Source: an uncultured Acetobacteraceae bacterium (GTDB taxonomy: Bacteria > Pseudomonadota > Alphaproteobacteria > Acetobacterales > Acetobacteraceae). From it: DNA of 64,000 bases. Location of the stretch: the NCBI GenBank assembly GCA_964247695.1, contig CAXTVI010000020.1, positions 8,868 to 72,867 of the forward strand. Direction: 5' to 3'. The notes beneath the pieces are model-generated. The model did not search any database. It saw only the letters and a list, made by a program, of their open reading frames with translations, and was not told the origin of the DNA. Positions within the stretch are counted from its first letter, which is position 1; each line of letters starts with the position of its first letter. Shown piece by piece: positions 9,617-19,018 of the stretch. The position numbers and the translations under genes were made by a program.

Positions 9617-11497
9617 ATGTCGAGATCCCTTAGGCATTGCCTTGCCATGTCCGTGGCGTCCGTCCTGACCGGAATGATGGTCACGGCCGGCGGCGTCCGC
9701 ACGGCCCACGCCGAACCCAGCCTTGGCGTCCCGCTGGCGCTCACGGTCTACCTGCCGATCAAGAACCTGCCCGCGGCCGAGGCGGCTGCCCAGGCGCTGC
9801 AGACGCCGGGCAGCTCGACCTACCACAAGTTCCTCAGCGTGAAGCAATTCGTCGCCACCTACGCGGACAGCGACGCCCAGATCGCCAAGGTCGAGGCCAC
9901 GCTCGAGAATCTCGGCTTTACCATCCAGTATGTGTTCGCCAACCACCTGGCGATCGAGGTCACCAGCACGACGAACACCGTCGAGAGCACCTTCGGCCTC
10001 AAGCTCAAGCAGTTCACCGTCAACGGCCGCACCGGCGTCACGTCGCTGACGGCACAGCAGATCCCCGCGGCGCTGGCCGGCCAGATCCGCGGCCTCGGCG
10101 GCGTGAACACCGTCGTCTACCCGAAGGCGAGGCATGTCGCAGCGCCGCAGGCCATCGGCGCGCGCCGGGCGAGCGCCGCCGCGACGTCCTCCAGCCTGAC
10201 CGGCGGCACGCCCGGCAATTACCTGCCGGCCGACTTCGAGAAGTTCTATGACGTGACACCGATCAGCAGCCGCGGCATCACCGGCCGCGGCACCACGATC
10301 GGCATCGTGACGCTGAACACCTTCAATCCGGCCGACGCCTACTCGTTCTGGAAGCAGATCGGCCTCAACGTCTCGCAATCGCGCATCACCAAGGTGAACG
10401 TGGATGGCGGCGAAACTGCGAGCACCAACGGCACCGACGGCGAAGGCGAGACCGACCTCGATGTCGAGGAGTCGGGCGGCATTGCGCCGGGCGCCAACGA
10501 GCGGGTGTACATCGCGCCCAACCTCACCAATGCGAACTTCATCGACGGCTTCGAGGCGGCTGCGTCCGAGAACATCGCCGATACCGTGTCGTCGAGCTGG
10601 GGCCAGCCGGAACTCGAATACTTCGAGGATGCCGCCACCAGCACACCGGGCGAGACCTACCAGCTGCAGGTCTTCCACGATGCGTTCCTCGAGATGGCGT
10701 TGCAGGGCCAGAGCGTCTTCATCGCCGCCGGCGACTCCGGATCCTTCGACACCGTGCGCGACATCTGCGCGGCCTATGGCACGCCGTCCGCCAGCGCGCC
10801 GGTCTGCAATGCCCCCTATGCGGTGGACCACCCGGCCAGCGATCCGCTGGTGACCGCGGCCGGAGGCACCACGCTGCCATTCTCCTACAGCCTGGGCGAC
10901 GTGCTGCTCACGGTGGCGCAGGAGCAGGCGTGGAGCTGGAGCTACATCTCCACAGAGGCCGCAGAACAGGGACATGCCTCCGAGTTTCCGGTCTCCAGCG
11001 TCTTCTCGGTGGGCGGCGGCGGCGGCGTGAGCTCGTTCTGGGGCGAGCCCTGGTATCAGGCGGCAACACCAGGCATCACGCTCACCAAGCCGGGCCAGGC
11101 CCTGTACGAGGACTTCGGCTCCGGGCCGGTTCTGCAATACACGCTGCCGGCGAATTTTGCCGGTCGCAACATGCCCGACATCAGCACCAATGCCGATCCG
11201 CAGTCCGGCTACCAGTACATCCAGGACGGCGTCGTCTCGAACTTCTACGGCGGCACCAGCTTCGTGGCCCCGCAGCTCAACGGCGTGAATGCCTTGTTCG
11301 TGCAGGCGCTCGGCGGCCGCACAGGGGAGCTCAACCCGGCGATCTACCAGTTGTCCTACTTCACCACCAACGACGTGACGGCCGGCAACAACTGGGGCTA
11401 CACGGCCGCCACCGGCTTCGACAACGCCTCCGGTGTCGGCAAGCTGGATGCAACGAAGCTGCTGGCCGGGCTGGCCGTGCTGAAGGTGGCCCACTAA
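9617..11497 (+). CDS. Secreted sedolisin-family (S53) serine peptidase with pro-kumamolisin-type activation domain
   Basis: Signal peptide ending AHA-EP. The propeptide reads ..TYHKFLSVKQFVATYADSDAQIAKVEATLENLGF... Catalytic region GEGETDLDVEESGGIAPGANERVYIAPN and GGTSFVAPQLNG. GAGAGGA SD lies 6 nt before ATG 9617. Confidence 0.85.
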   Translation: MSRSLRHCLAMSVASVLTGMMVTAGGVRTAHAEPSLGVPLALTVYLPIKNLPAAEAAAQALQTPGSSTYHKFLSVKQFVATYADSDAQIAKVEATLENLGFTIQYVFANHLAIEVTSTTNTVESTFGLKLKQFTVNGRTGVTSLTAQQIPAALAGQIRGLGGVNTVVYPKARHVAAPQAIGARRASAAATSSSLTGGTPGNYLPADFEKFYDVTPISSRGITGRGTTIGIVTLNTFNPADAYSFWKQIGLNVSQSRITKVNVDGGETASTNGTDGEGETDLDVEESGGIAPGANERVYIAPNLTNANFIDGFEAAASENIADTVSSSWGQPELEYFEDAATSTPGETYQLQVFHDAFLEMALQGQSVFIAAGDSGSFDTVRDICAAYGTPSASAPVCNAPYAVDHPASDPLVTAAGGTTLPFSYSLGDVLLTVAQEQAWSWSYISTEAAEQGHASEFPVSSVFSVGGGGGVSSFWGEPWYQAATPGITLTKPGQALYEDFGSGPVLQYTLPANFAGRNMPDISTNADPQSGYQYIQDGVVSNFYGGTSFVAPQLNGVNALFVQALGGRTGELNPAIYQLSYFTTNDVTAGNNWGYTAATGFDNASGVGKLDATKLLAGLAVLKVAH

Positions 11498-11511
11498 GAC
11501 ATCGACACCAT

Positions 11512-11545
11512 CCGGCGCTCCGCTCAGCGGGGCGCCGGCTCTTGG
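11512..11545 (+). terminator. Hairpin after the S53 gene (weak intrinsic terminator candidate)
   Basis: CCGGCGC-T-CCGC-tca-GCGG-G-GCGCCGG (11512-11538) followed by CTCTTGG. The U-tract is poor. Confidence 0.35.
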
Positions 11546-11606
11546 TCGCCAGAGCAAAGCCGGATATTGAGCCTGTCGCAACAGCCCTGACAGGTCATCA
11601 CCCTAA

Positions 11607-13739
11607 ATGCAGCGATCCAGTCCCAGCCTCCATGCGAGCCTGCGCCATGGCGCCGTTCTCATCGGTATCGCCTCCCTTGCGGTCGCACCCGTCGCCCGTG
11701 CCGAGGAAGGCATGTGGACGATGGACAACCTGCCTGTGAAGCAGATGCAGGCGCAGTACGGCTTCACGCCGTCTGCTGACTGGATCAAGCGGGTGACGCA
11801 ATCCTCCGCGCGCCTTGCGCTGGGCTGCTCGGCCTCGTTCGTCTCCGGCGACGGCCTGGTCATGACCAACCACCACTGCGCCAACGAGTGCCTGTCCGAG
11901 CTGTCCAGCGCCGGACACAATTTCATGCAGGACGGCTACACCTCGGTCTCGCAGCCACGCGAGCCCAAATGCCCGGCAATGGAGCTCGACCGGCTCGACA
12001 CCATCAGCGACGTCACGCCGAAGATGAGCGCCGCCCTCGCCGGCAAGCATGGCGCCGATTACACGAAGGCGCAGGAAGCCGCCGAGAGCGGGATCGAGAA
12101 GTCGTGCGTCGGCGGCGATGCCACCACCTGGCGGTGCGACGTGGTGACGCTGTATCATGGCGGCCGCACCGCGCTCTACCGCTACCGCCGCTACCAGGAT
12201 GTGCGGCTGGTGTTCGCGCCCGACCAGAATGCCGCGTTCTTCGGCGGCGACCCCGACAATTTCAACTTCCCGCGCTACGACCTCGATGTGACCTTCCTGC
12301 GCGCATACGAGAACGGCCATCCGGCGCACACGCAGTTCTTCCCGTTCGACCCGGCCGGCCCCAAGGCGGGCGAGCTCGTCTTCACCTCGGGCAACCCGGG
12401 CTCGACCTCGCGCGAGGAGCCGGTGGCGCAGTTGCAGTTGCTGCGCGACCTCGAGCTGCCCGCGACTTACGGCTACCTGTCCACGCTCGACGGCGTGCTC
12501 TGGGAGTACAGCCGCACCGGGGTCGCCGCCGCACAGGACGCGCAGGACGAGGTGTTCGGCGTCGAGAACAGCCTCAAGGTGTATACCGGCTGGCTGCAGA
12601 CCCTTGCGGACCCGAAGATGCTGGCGGCCAAGCAGCAGGCCGAGGACAGCCTGCGCCAGTGGATCAACGCCGACCCGCAGCGGAAGGCCCAGTATGGCGA
12701 TCCGTGGGCGACGCTCGCGCCTGCGCTGGTCGCGGAGCGCCGGCTGTTCACCCCGTACGTGATGCTCGAGGGGACCCGGGCGCCGCGCGGCTTCGGCGGC
12801 GACCTGTTCGGCTATGCCAAGACACTGGTGCGCGGCGCCGCCGAGCGGGCCAAGCCGGATGCCGACCGCCTCTCCGAATACCATGACGCCAAGCTGCCGG
12901 CGATCGAGGCGCAGCTCGGCTCCTCGGCGCCGGTGCATCCGCACCTCGAGCAGACCCTGCTTGCGTTCTCGCTGACCCGGCTGCGCCAGTCGCTCGGCGC
13001 CGACGACGCCTCGGTGAAGACCATTCTCGGCCACCAGTCGCCGGAGGAGCTGTCCACGCACCTGGTCTCGTTCACCCATCTCGGTGACCCGAAGGTGCGC
13101 CTCGCACTCTGGCATGGCGGCCAAGCCGCCATCGAAAAGTCGACCGACCCGATGATCGTACTGGCACGCAAGGTCGAGCCGATCGCCCGTGGCCTGCGCG
13201 ATCAGTGGGACAACCAGGTGAAGGCACCGCAGCGCGAGGCCAGCGAGGCCCTGGCGCGCGCCCGCTTCGCCCGCTCCGGCACCAGCGCCTACCCGGACGC
13301 GACATTCACCCAGCGAGTTTCGTACGGGACCGTGAAGGGCTGGGACGAGAACGGCCACCAAGTGCCGCCCTTCACCACCTTCGCTGGGCTGTATGACCGC
13401 GCGACCGGCAGCGACCCCTTCAAGCTCACCAAGCCCTGGCTGGCCGCCAAGCCGCATCTCGACCTCGCCACCCCGTTCGACTTCGTCTCGACCAACGACA
13501 TCATCGGCGGCAACTCGGGCAGCCCGGTCATCGACGCGAAGGGCGACGCGGTCGGCCTGATCTTCGACGGCAACATCCACTCGCTCGGCGGCGACTTCAC
13601 CTATGACGGCAGCCAGAACCGCGCCGTCGCGGTCGATACCACCGCGCTGCTGGCGGCGCTCAAGACCGTGTACCGCAACCAGGCGCTGGCCGACGAGCTG
13701 ACCAGCGGCCACCTGGGCGGCGGCTCGGGCAAGACCTGA
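11607..13739 (+). CDS. S46-family dipeptidyl-peptidase (DPP7/DPP11-like)
   Basis: Signal peptide then EEGMWTMDNLP. His region GCSASFVSGDGLVMTNHHC. Ser region NDIIGGNSGSPVIDAKGDAVGLIFDGN. Confidence 0.85.
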   Translation: MQRSSPSLHASLRHGAVLIGIASLAVAPVARAEEGMWTMDNLPVKQMQAQYGFTPSADWIKRVTQSSARLALGCSASFVSGDGLVMTNHHCANECLSELSSAGHNFMQDGYTSVSQPREPKCPAMELDRLDTISDVTPKMSAALAGKHGADYTKAQEAAESGIEKSCVGGDATTWRCDVVTLYHGGRTALYRYRRYQDVRLVFAPDQNAAFFGGDPDNFNFPRYDLDVTFLRAYENGHPAHTQFFPFDPAGPKAGELVFTSGNPGSTSREEPVAQLQLLRDLELPATYGYLSTLDGVLWEYSRTGVAAAQDAQDEVFGVENSLKVYTGWLQTLADPKMLAAKQQAEDSLRQWINADPQRKAQYGDPWATLAPALVAERRLFTPYVMLEGTRAPRGFGGDLFGYAKTLVRGAAERAKPDADRLSEYHDAKLPAIEAQLGSSAPVHPHLEQTLLAFSLTRLRQSLGADDASVKTILGHQSPEELSTHLVSFTHLGDPKVRLALWHGGQAAIEKSTDPMIVLARKVEPIARGLRDQWDNQVKAPQREASEALARARFARSGTSAYPDATFTQRVSYGTVKGWDENGHQVPPFTTFAGLYDRATGSDPFKLTKPWLAAKPHLDLATPFDFVSTNDIIGGNSGSPVIDAKGDAVGLIFDGNIHSLGGDFTYDGSQNRAVAVDTTALLAALKTVYRNQALADELTSGHLGGGSGKT

Positions 13740-13827
13740 GAGGCTTCCTCGCGGCGTCAGTCGGGGGCAGACTGTCCCCGCATGGGCCGGACGGCGTTGT
13801 CCGGCTTCATGCAGGGAGCGCTCCGCG

Positions 13828-14676
13828 TTGAACAACCGGCCAAGACGGGCGGCCAGCCTCACGACAGGCAGCCGCGGGACAGACGTGCCGTCGACGCCGC
13901 ATCCGAGGCCGGAGCGACTGCACACGGCCATTGCGCGCGATCTCGGCGTCGCCATCGCCGCCGGCACGCTTTCCCCGGGCGACACGCTGTCCGGAGAGGT
14001 CGCCTCCAGCGCCCAGCTCGAGGTCTCGCGCACCGCCTATCGCGAGGCGGTGCGCATCCTGGCCGCCAAGGGCATGGTCGAAAGCCGCACCCGCACCGGA
14101 ACGCGGGTGAGCGCGCGGCATCGCTGGCACATCCTTGATCCCGACGTGCTGGGCTGGTTCCTGCAGACCCAGCCGAGCGAGGCCTTCGTGCGCGACCTGT
14201 TCGAGGTGCGCATGATGGTCGAGCCGGCCGCCGCCGGCTTCGCGGCCGAACGGGCCTCGGCACACGACCTGCGCGTCATGGCCGCGGCCCTCGACGAGAT
14301 GGACCGGCTGAAGCTGTCCACGGAGGCCGGGCGCGCCGCTGACCGTGGTTTCCACCACGCGATCCTGGCCGCGACCCAGAACGAGGCGATCATGGCGCTG
14401 TCGAGCAGCGTGGGGGCCGCGATCCGCTGGACGACCTTGTTCAAGCACCGGGTGCAGCCGCATCCGCGCGATCCGATGCCCGAGCACCGGCTGGTGCTGG
14501 ACGCGATCACCCGGCGCGATCCCGATGCCGCCCGCGCGCGCATGACCGAACTGGTCCGCTTCGCGCTGGCCGACATGCACGCCTCGCTGGCGGCCGGTGC
14601 CGTCGCCGGGGGCCCGATTGATGCGGAGGCGGAACTCGTCCATAACCCGCTCGCGGTGGAATTGTCGGACAAATGA
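13828..14676 (+). CDS. GntR/FadR-family (FCD domain) transcriptional regulator, DgoR-like by context
   Basis: ..LEVSRTAYREAVRILAAKGMVESRTRTGTRV.. wHTH, then an FCD-like domain (LFEVRMMVEPAAA..FHHAILAATQN). Its stop overlaps the dgoK start (ATGA). The start is either TTG 13828 or GTG 13885. Confidence 0.75.
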   Translation: MNNRPRRAASLTTGSRGTDVPSTPHPRPERLHTAIARDLGVAIAAGTLSPGDTLSGEVASSAQLEVSRTAYREAVRILAAKGMVESRTRTGTRVSARHRWHILDPDVLGWFLQTQPSEAFVRDLFEVRMMVEPAAAGFAAERASAHDLRVMAAALDEMDRLKLSTEAGRAADRGFHHAILAATQNEAIMALSSSVGAAIRWTTLFKHRVQPHPRDPMPEHRLVLDAITRRDPDAARARMTELVRFALADMHASLAAGAVAGGPIDAEAELVHNPLAVELSDK

Positions 14677-15620
14677 CGCAGGACGATGGGCTGATCGCGC
14701 TGGACTGGGGCACCAGTTCGCTGCGGGCGTGGCTGATCTCGCCGGACGGCACCGTGCGCGCGGCCCGGCATGAGGGATGGGGCATCATGCACCTGCCCGA
14801 TGGCGGCTATACGGCGGCCTATGCCGCCATCACCGACGGCTGGCACGACCGCCCGCGTCCGGCCATCGCCTGCGGGATGGTCGGAAGCCGCCAGGGCTGG
14901 CTCGAGGTGCCATACCTGCCGACGCCGGCCGGACTCGAGGAGCTTGCCGGCAGCCTGCGCACCGTGGAGGCCGGCGCGGGGGTCCTGCACCTGGTGCCGG
15001 GCATGCTGGAGGTGAGCGATCCAGCCGCCCCCGATGTGATGCGCGGCGAGGAGACGCAGGCGGTGGGTGCCATGCGCCGGCTCGGCGGCGATGCGCTGCT
15101 GGTGTTGCCCGGGACGCACTCGAAATGGGCCCGGCTGCAGGGCCACCGGCTGGTCTCGTTCGAGACGCTGATGACCGGCGAGCTGTATGCGCTGCTGTCG
15201 AAGCACTCGATCCTCGGCCGCGGCGTTGCCGATGCGCCGGAGGCCGCCACCGTCGCGCGTGAGCAGGCGTTCGATCGCGGCGTGCTGGCGGCGCAGGACC
15301 GTGGCGCCCTCGCCCGGTTGTTCTCCACCCGCGCGCTGATGCTGACCGGCGCGATCGCGGGGGGCGCCGCGCTGGACTACCTGTCCGGCCTGCTGATCGG
15401 CGAGGAGCTGCGTCTTGCGGCGCCGGCGCTGGCGACCGCCGCGCGGGTGGCGCTGACCGGCGACGACCGGTTGTGCGCGCGCTATGCCCGGGCCTTCGAG
15501 GCCGCCGGGCTGGCGCCCCCCGAGCGGATCGACAACAGCGCGCTGCACGGACTGCTCGACATCGCGGCGGCCGCCGGACTGGTGGCGCCCTCGCCCGCAA
15601 CCCAGCAACCGGGAGCCTGA
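14673..15620 (+). CDS. dgoK: 2-dehydro-3-deoxygalactonokinase
   Basis: LIALDWGTSSLRAW..GMVGSRQGWLEVPY..DVMRGEETQ..LPGTHSKWARL..FETLMTGELYALL..HSILG. Confidence 0.85.
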   Translation: MTQDDGLIALDWGTSSLRAWLISPDGTVRAARHEGWGIMHLPDGGYTAAYAAITDGWHDRPRPAIACGMVGSRQGWLEVPYLPTPAGLEELAGSLRTVEAGAGVLHLVPGMLEVSDPAAPDVMRGEETQAVGAMRRLGGDALLVLPGTHSKWARLQGHRLVSFETLMTGELYALLSKHSILGRGVADAPEAATVAREQAFDRGVLAAQDRGALARLFSTRALMLTGAIAGGAALDYLSGLLIGEELRLAAPALATAARVALTGDDRLCARYARAFEAAGLAPPERIDNSALHGLLDIAAAAGLVAPSPATQQPGA

Positions 15621-15622
15621 AG

Positions 15623-16264
15623 ATGCTCAGACAGATGATCGGGCGCATGCCCTTCACCGCCATCCTGCGCGGCCTGACCCCGGAGGAGGCGCTGGCGGTC
15701 GGCGATGCGCTGGTGGAAGCCGGCATGACCATGCTCGAGGTGCCGCTGAACTCGCCGCGCCCGCTGGAAAGCATCCGCCTGCTGGCCGAACGCTACGGCG
15801 AGACCTGCCTGATCGGCGCCGGCACGGTAATGACGCCCGCGCAGGTGGCGGAGATTGGCGCGGTCGGCGGCCGGCTGATCGTCATGCCGCACGGCGATGC
15901 CGAGGTGATCCGGGCGGCCAAGCAGGCCGGCATGGTCTGCATGCCCGGGATCGCGACCCCCACCGAAGGCTTCGCTGCGCTGAAGGCCGGCGCCGATGCT
16001 CTGAAGCTGTTTCCCGCCGAGCTGGTCGGGCCGGCCATCCTGCGCGCGATGCGGGCGGTGTTTCCGAAGGAGACCATCTTCCTGCCGGTCGGCGGGGTGA
16101 CCCCGGACAACGTCGCCGAATTCGTCCGCGCCGGCGCTGATGGCTTCGGGCTCGGGTCCGGGCTGTATGCGCCAGGACGCAGCGCCGAGGACGTGCGCCA
16201 ACGAGCGGATGCTTATGTCGCGGCCTGGCGGAAGGTCAGCGACGGCAAGGTGCTCGGACAATGA
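15623..16264 (+). CDS. dgoA: 2-dehydro-3-deoxy-6-phosphogalactonate aldolase
   Basis: PFTAILRGLTPEEALAVGDALVEAGMTMLEVPLNSP..IGAGTV..PGIATPTE..GADALKLFPA..PVGG. ATG at 15623, 2 nt after the dgoK stop. Confidence 0.85.
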   Translation: MLRQMIGRMPFTAILRGLTPEEALAVGDALVEAGMTMLEVPLNSPRPLESIRLLAERYGETCLIGAGTVMTPAQVAEIGAVGGRLIVMPHGDAEVIRAAKQAGMVCMPGIATPTEGFAALKAGADALKLFPAELVGPAILRAMRAVFPKETIFLPVGGVTPDNVAEFVRAGADGFGLGSGLYAPGRSAEDVRQRADAYVAAWRKVSDGKVLGQ

Positions 16265-17220
16265 GGGACGTCCGCGGGACGTCCCGGCGGCTCAATGTCG
16301 GGATCGTCGGGTTCGGCCAGATCGCCCGCGTGCAGCATGCGCCGGCGCTGGCCGCGAGCCACGGGCTGCGCCTGGCGGCGATCGCCAACCCGATCCCGGC
16401 GCAGGGCGCGCCCGACGTGCCGGTCTATGCGTCGCTCGCCGAAATGCTGGAGCGCGAGCCGGAGCTCGATGCGGTCGCCCTCTGCACGCCGCCGCAGATA
16501 CGCTACGGCCTCGCCCGCCAGGCGCTCGATGCCGGGCGTCACGTGCTGCTGGAAAAGCCGCCCGCCGCCACGCCCGCCGAGATCGCCGACCTCGCCCGGC
16601 ATGCGGACGGCCTCGGCCTGACCCTGTTCACCGCCTGGCACTCGCTGTTCAGCGCCGCGGTGGACCAGGCCCGCATCATCCTGGCCGAGCGCGGCGTGCA
16701 GGGCATGCGCATGGAGTGGAAGGAGGATCACCACAAATGGCATCCGGGCGTGGACTGGTTCTGGCAGCCCGGCGGCATGGGCGCGTTCGATTCCGCCATC
16801 AACGCCTTTTCCATCCTGGTCGAGGTCATGCCGGAGCCGCTCTTCGTGCGCACGGCGCGGTTCGTCATCCCCGAGGGCGCGCACACGCCGATGCAGGCGC
16901 AGGTCGAGTATGCGACGCCGAGCAGCAACACCGGTTTCAGCTCCGACCATGGCTGGGACCAACAGGACGGCGAGACCTGGACCATCGACTGGACGCTGCG
17001 CGACGGCGGTCACCTGACCCTGGAGCGCGGGGGCGCCCGGCTTCTGCTGGGCGAGCGGTTGCTGGTGGAGGCGCAGGACGAGGAATATCCGCGCCTTTAT
17101 GCGCATTTCGAGACACTGCTGCGCCAAGGCCGCTCAGACGTCGAGATCCGGCCGCTGCAACTGGTGGCGGACGCCTTCATGCTTGCATCCCGCGAGGCCG
17201 GGCCGCCAGTGCGGCCATGA
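16261..17220 (+). CDS. Gfo/Idh/MocA-family oxidoreductase, probable D-galactose 1-dehydrogenase
   Basis: NVGIVGFGQIARVQHAPAL..AVALCTPPQIRYGLARQALDAGRHVLLEKPPAATPAE, as I recall for the Pseudomonas galactose dehydrogenase. ATGA overlap with dgoA. Confidence 0.65.
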   Translation: MRDVRGTSRRLNVGIVGFGQIARVQHAPALAASHGLRLAAIANPIPAQGAPDVPVYASLAEMLEREPELDAVALCTPPQIRYGLARQALDAGRHVLLEKPPAATPAEIADLARHADGLGLTLFTAWHSLFSAAVDQARIILAERGVQGMRMEWKEDHHKWHPGVDWFWQPGGMGAFDSAINAFSILVEVMPEPLFVRTARFVIPEGAHTPMQAQVEYATPSSNTGFSSDHGWDQQDGETWTIDWTLRDGGHLTLERGGARLLLGERLLVEAQDEEYPRLYAHFETLLRQGRSDVEIRPLQLVADAFMLASREAGPPVRP

Positions 17221-18098
17221 ATGCGGCCCCGGTTGCCACTGTCGCCGTCCACGGCCATGACCTGCTCGGCGAATCGCCGTTCTGGGACGCCACCGACCAG
17301 GCGCTGACCTGGGTCGACATCTATGGCCGCCGGATCCAGCGGCTGCACCCGGCGACCGGCGCGCGGCAGGACTGGACCATGCCGGACCGCGTCGCCACCG
17401 CCATCCCGCGCGCGCATGGCGGCATGCTGGTGGCCCTGTCGCGCAGCCTGCACATGTTCGACGCCGCCACCGGCCTGGCGGCGCCGTTCTTCTCGCTCGA
17501 CCACGCCGCGCCGGGCATCCGCTTCAACGACGCGCGCACCGACAGCCTGGGTCGGCTGTGGATCGGCACCATGAACGAGGTGGACGAGGCGCCGACGGGC
17601 TCGCTCTACCGGATCGATACGGACCTTGCCTGCACCAGGATCGAGCACGGCATCGCGATCTCGAACGGGATCGGCTTCAGTCCCGACGCCACCCGGTTCT
17701 ACTTCGCCGACACGCCCGAGCGCATCATTCGCGCCTACGATCTCGATATCTCGAGCGGCACAATCTGCAACCGGCGGGATCTGGTCACGGTCGATGGTGA
17801 CAGCGCCTGTCCGGACGGCAGCACGGTCGACGGCGCCGGCCATGTCTGGAACGCGCAATGGGACGGCGGCCGGGTGGTGCGCTATGCGCCCGATGGCCGG
17901 ATCGATGCGGTGGTGGCGCTGCCGGTGAGCCGCCCGACCTGCTGTGTCTTCGGCGGCGCCGATCTGCGGACCCTGTATGTCACGAGCGCCTGCATGGAAC
18001 TGACCGGCGCCCAGCTTCGCGAGCAGCCGCTCGCGGGCTCGTTGTTCGCCGTCAGGACGGACACGCCAGGGATCGCCTGCACGCGCTTCGCCGGCTGA
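17217..18098 (+). CDS. SMP-30/gluconolactonase/LRE-family lactonase (probable galactonolactonase)
   Basis: LGESPFWD..LTWVDI..RFNDARTDSLGRLWIGTM..GSLYR..SNGIGFSPD..FYFADT..PDGSTVD..GHVWNA..CCVFGG..LYVTSA. ATGA overlap with the upstream gene. Confidence 0.75.
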   Translation: MNAAPVATVAVHGHDLLGESPFWDATDQALTWVDIYGRRIQRLHPATGARQDWTMPDRVATAIPRAHGGMLVALSRSLHMFDAATGLAAPFFSLDHAAPGIRFNDARTDSLGRLWIGTMNEVDEAPTGSLYRIDTDLACTRIEHGIAISNGIGFSPDATRFYFADTPERIIRAYDLDISSGTICNRRDLVTVDGDSACPDGSTVDGAGHVWNAQWDGGRVVRYAPDGRIDAVVALPVSRPTCCVFGGADLRTLYVTSACMELTGAQLREQPLAGSLFAVRTDTPGIACTRFAG

Positions 18099-18099
18099 T

Positions 18100-18933
18100 C
18101 TAGATGCTGCAGGCCAGATCAGGTTGCTTCGTGGAGCCCGGCTCGTGCGGAGATGCATCGCGCGACAGGCGGCCGGTCTCGAACTCCTCGAACAGGCGCG
18201 AACGGCGCAGGCCGATCGTGTGCAGGCGATATGCGATCGCGGTGCCGAGCACGCCGAACCCGTAGATCGTGCTGCGAACGAAGTTGATGGACGAGGCTTC
18301 CGGAAAATACCGTGTCGGACACGAAATCTCGCCGATCCGGTACCCGAAATGCGCGACCTGCGCCAGCATCTGGTTGTCGAACACGAAATCGTCCGAGCAG
18401 CGCAACAGCGGCAGCCGCTCCAGCACGTCCCGGTTCCAGGCGCGGTAGCCGGTATGGTACTCGCTCAGCTTCTGGCCGAGCAGGATATTCTCGATAAACG
18501 TCAGCAGCCGGTTGCAGACATATTTGTAAGCCGGCATGCCGCCCGCGCGGGCGCCGCGGCCGAGGATCCGCGACGCCATGACGACGTCGTAATGGCCGGA
18601 AACCAGCATGGACGCCATGGCGGTGATCAACTTGGGTGAATACTGGTAATCCGGGTGCAGCATCACGACGATGTCGGCGCCGCGCGCCAGGGCTTCGGCG
18701 TAGCAGGTCTTCTGGTTGCCGCCGTAGCCGCGATTGACCTCGTGGCGAATGGTATGCAGGCCGAGCGCCAGGGCGAGTTCCGCCGTCCGGTCGCTGCTCG
18801 CATCGTCGTTGAGGATGATGTCGTCGACCACGTCGCGGGGAATTTCCGCGATCGTCCGTTCCAGCGTCCTGGCGGCATTATAGGCCGGCAGCACGACGGT
18901 AATGCGCTTCCCAGCCAGCAAGGTTCGCTCCAC
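18100..18933 (-). CDS. Family 2 glycosyltransferase (polyprenyl-phosphate sugar synthase-like)
   Basis: ITVVLPAYNAARTLERTI..ILNDDASSDRT..NRGYGGNQKTCY..VVMLHPDYQY. GTG start at 18933. Confidence 0.85.
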   Translation of the reverse strand: MERTLLAGKRITVVLPAYNAARTLERTIAEIPRDVVDDIILNDDASSDRTAELALALGLHTIRHEVNRGYGGNQKTCYAEALARGADIVVMLHPDYQYSPKLITAMASMLVSGHYDVVMASRILGRGARAGGMPAYKYVCNRLLTFIENILLGQKLSEYHTGYRAWNRDVLERLPLLRCSDDFVFDNQMLAQVAHFGYRIGEISCPTRYFPEASSINFVRSTIYGFGVLGTAIAYRLHTIGLRRSRLFEEFETGRLSRDASPHEPGSTKQPDLACSI

Positions 18934-19018
18934 GTCAGGGACGCGAGTTTTCTAGCGCGGTTCGAGTTTCGGTTGTAGAAAAAATTCTCTGCAACTAAGG
19001 ATCGCAAAGGGCAGCGGC

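Noticed and set aside
9512-14033. Very long antisense ORFs (9512..11581-, 689 aa; 11598..14033-, 811 aa) opposite the S53 and S46 peptidase genes. Similar cases elsewhere are 29792..32032+, 34113..36146+, 44161..45912-, 46129..47151- and 57927..58460+.
   Set aside because: Their translations are Arg/Ala/Gly/Pro-rich and low in complexity, with no recognisable motifs. The opposite strand carries family-specific catalytic motifs. Long stop-free antisense frames are expected at this GC content.
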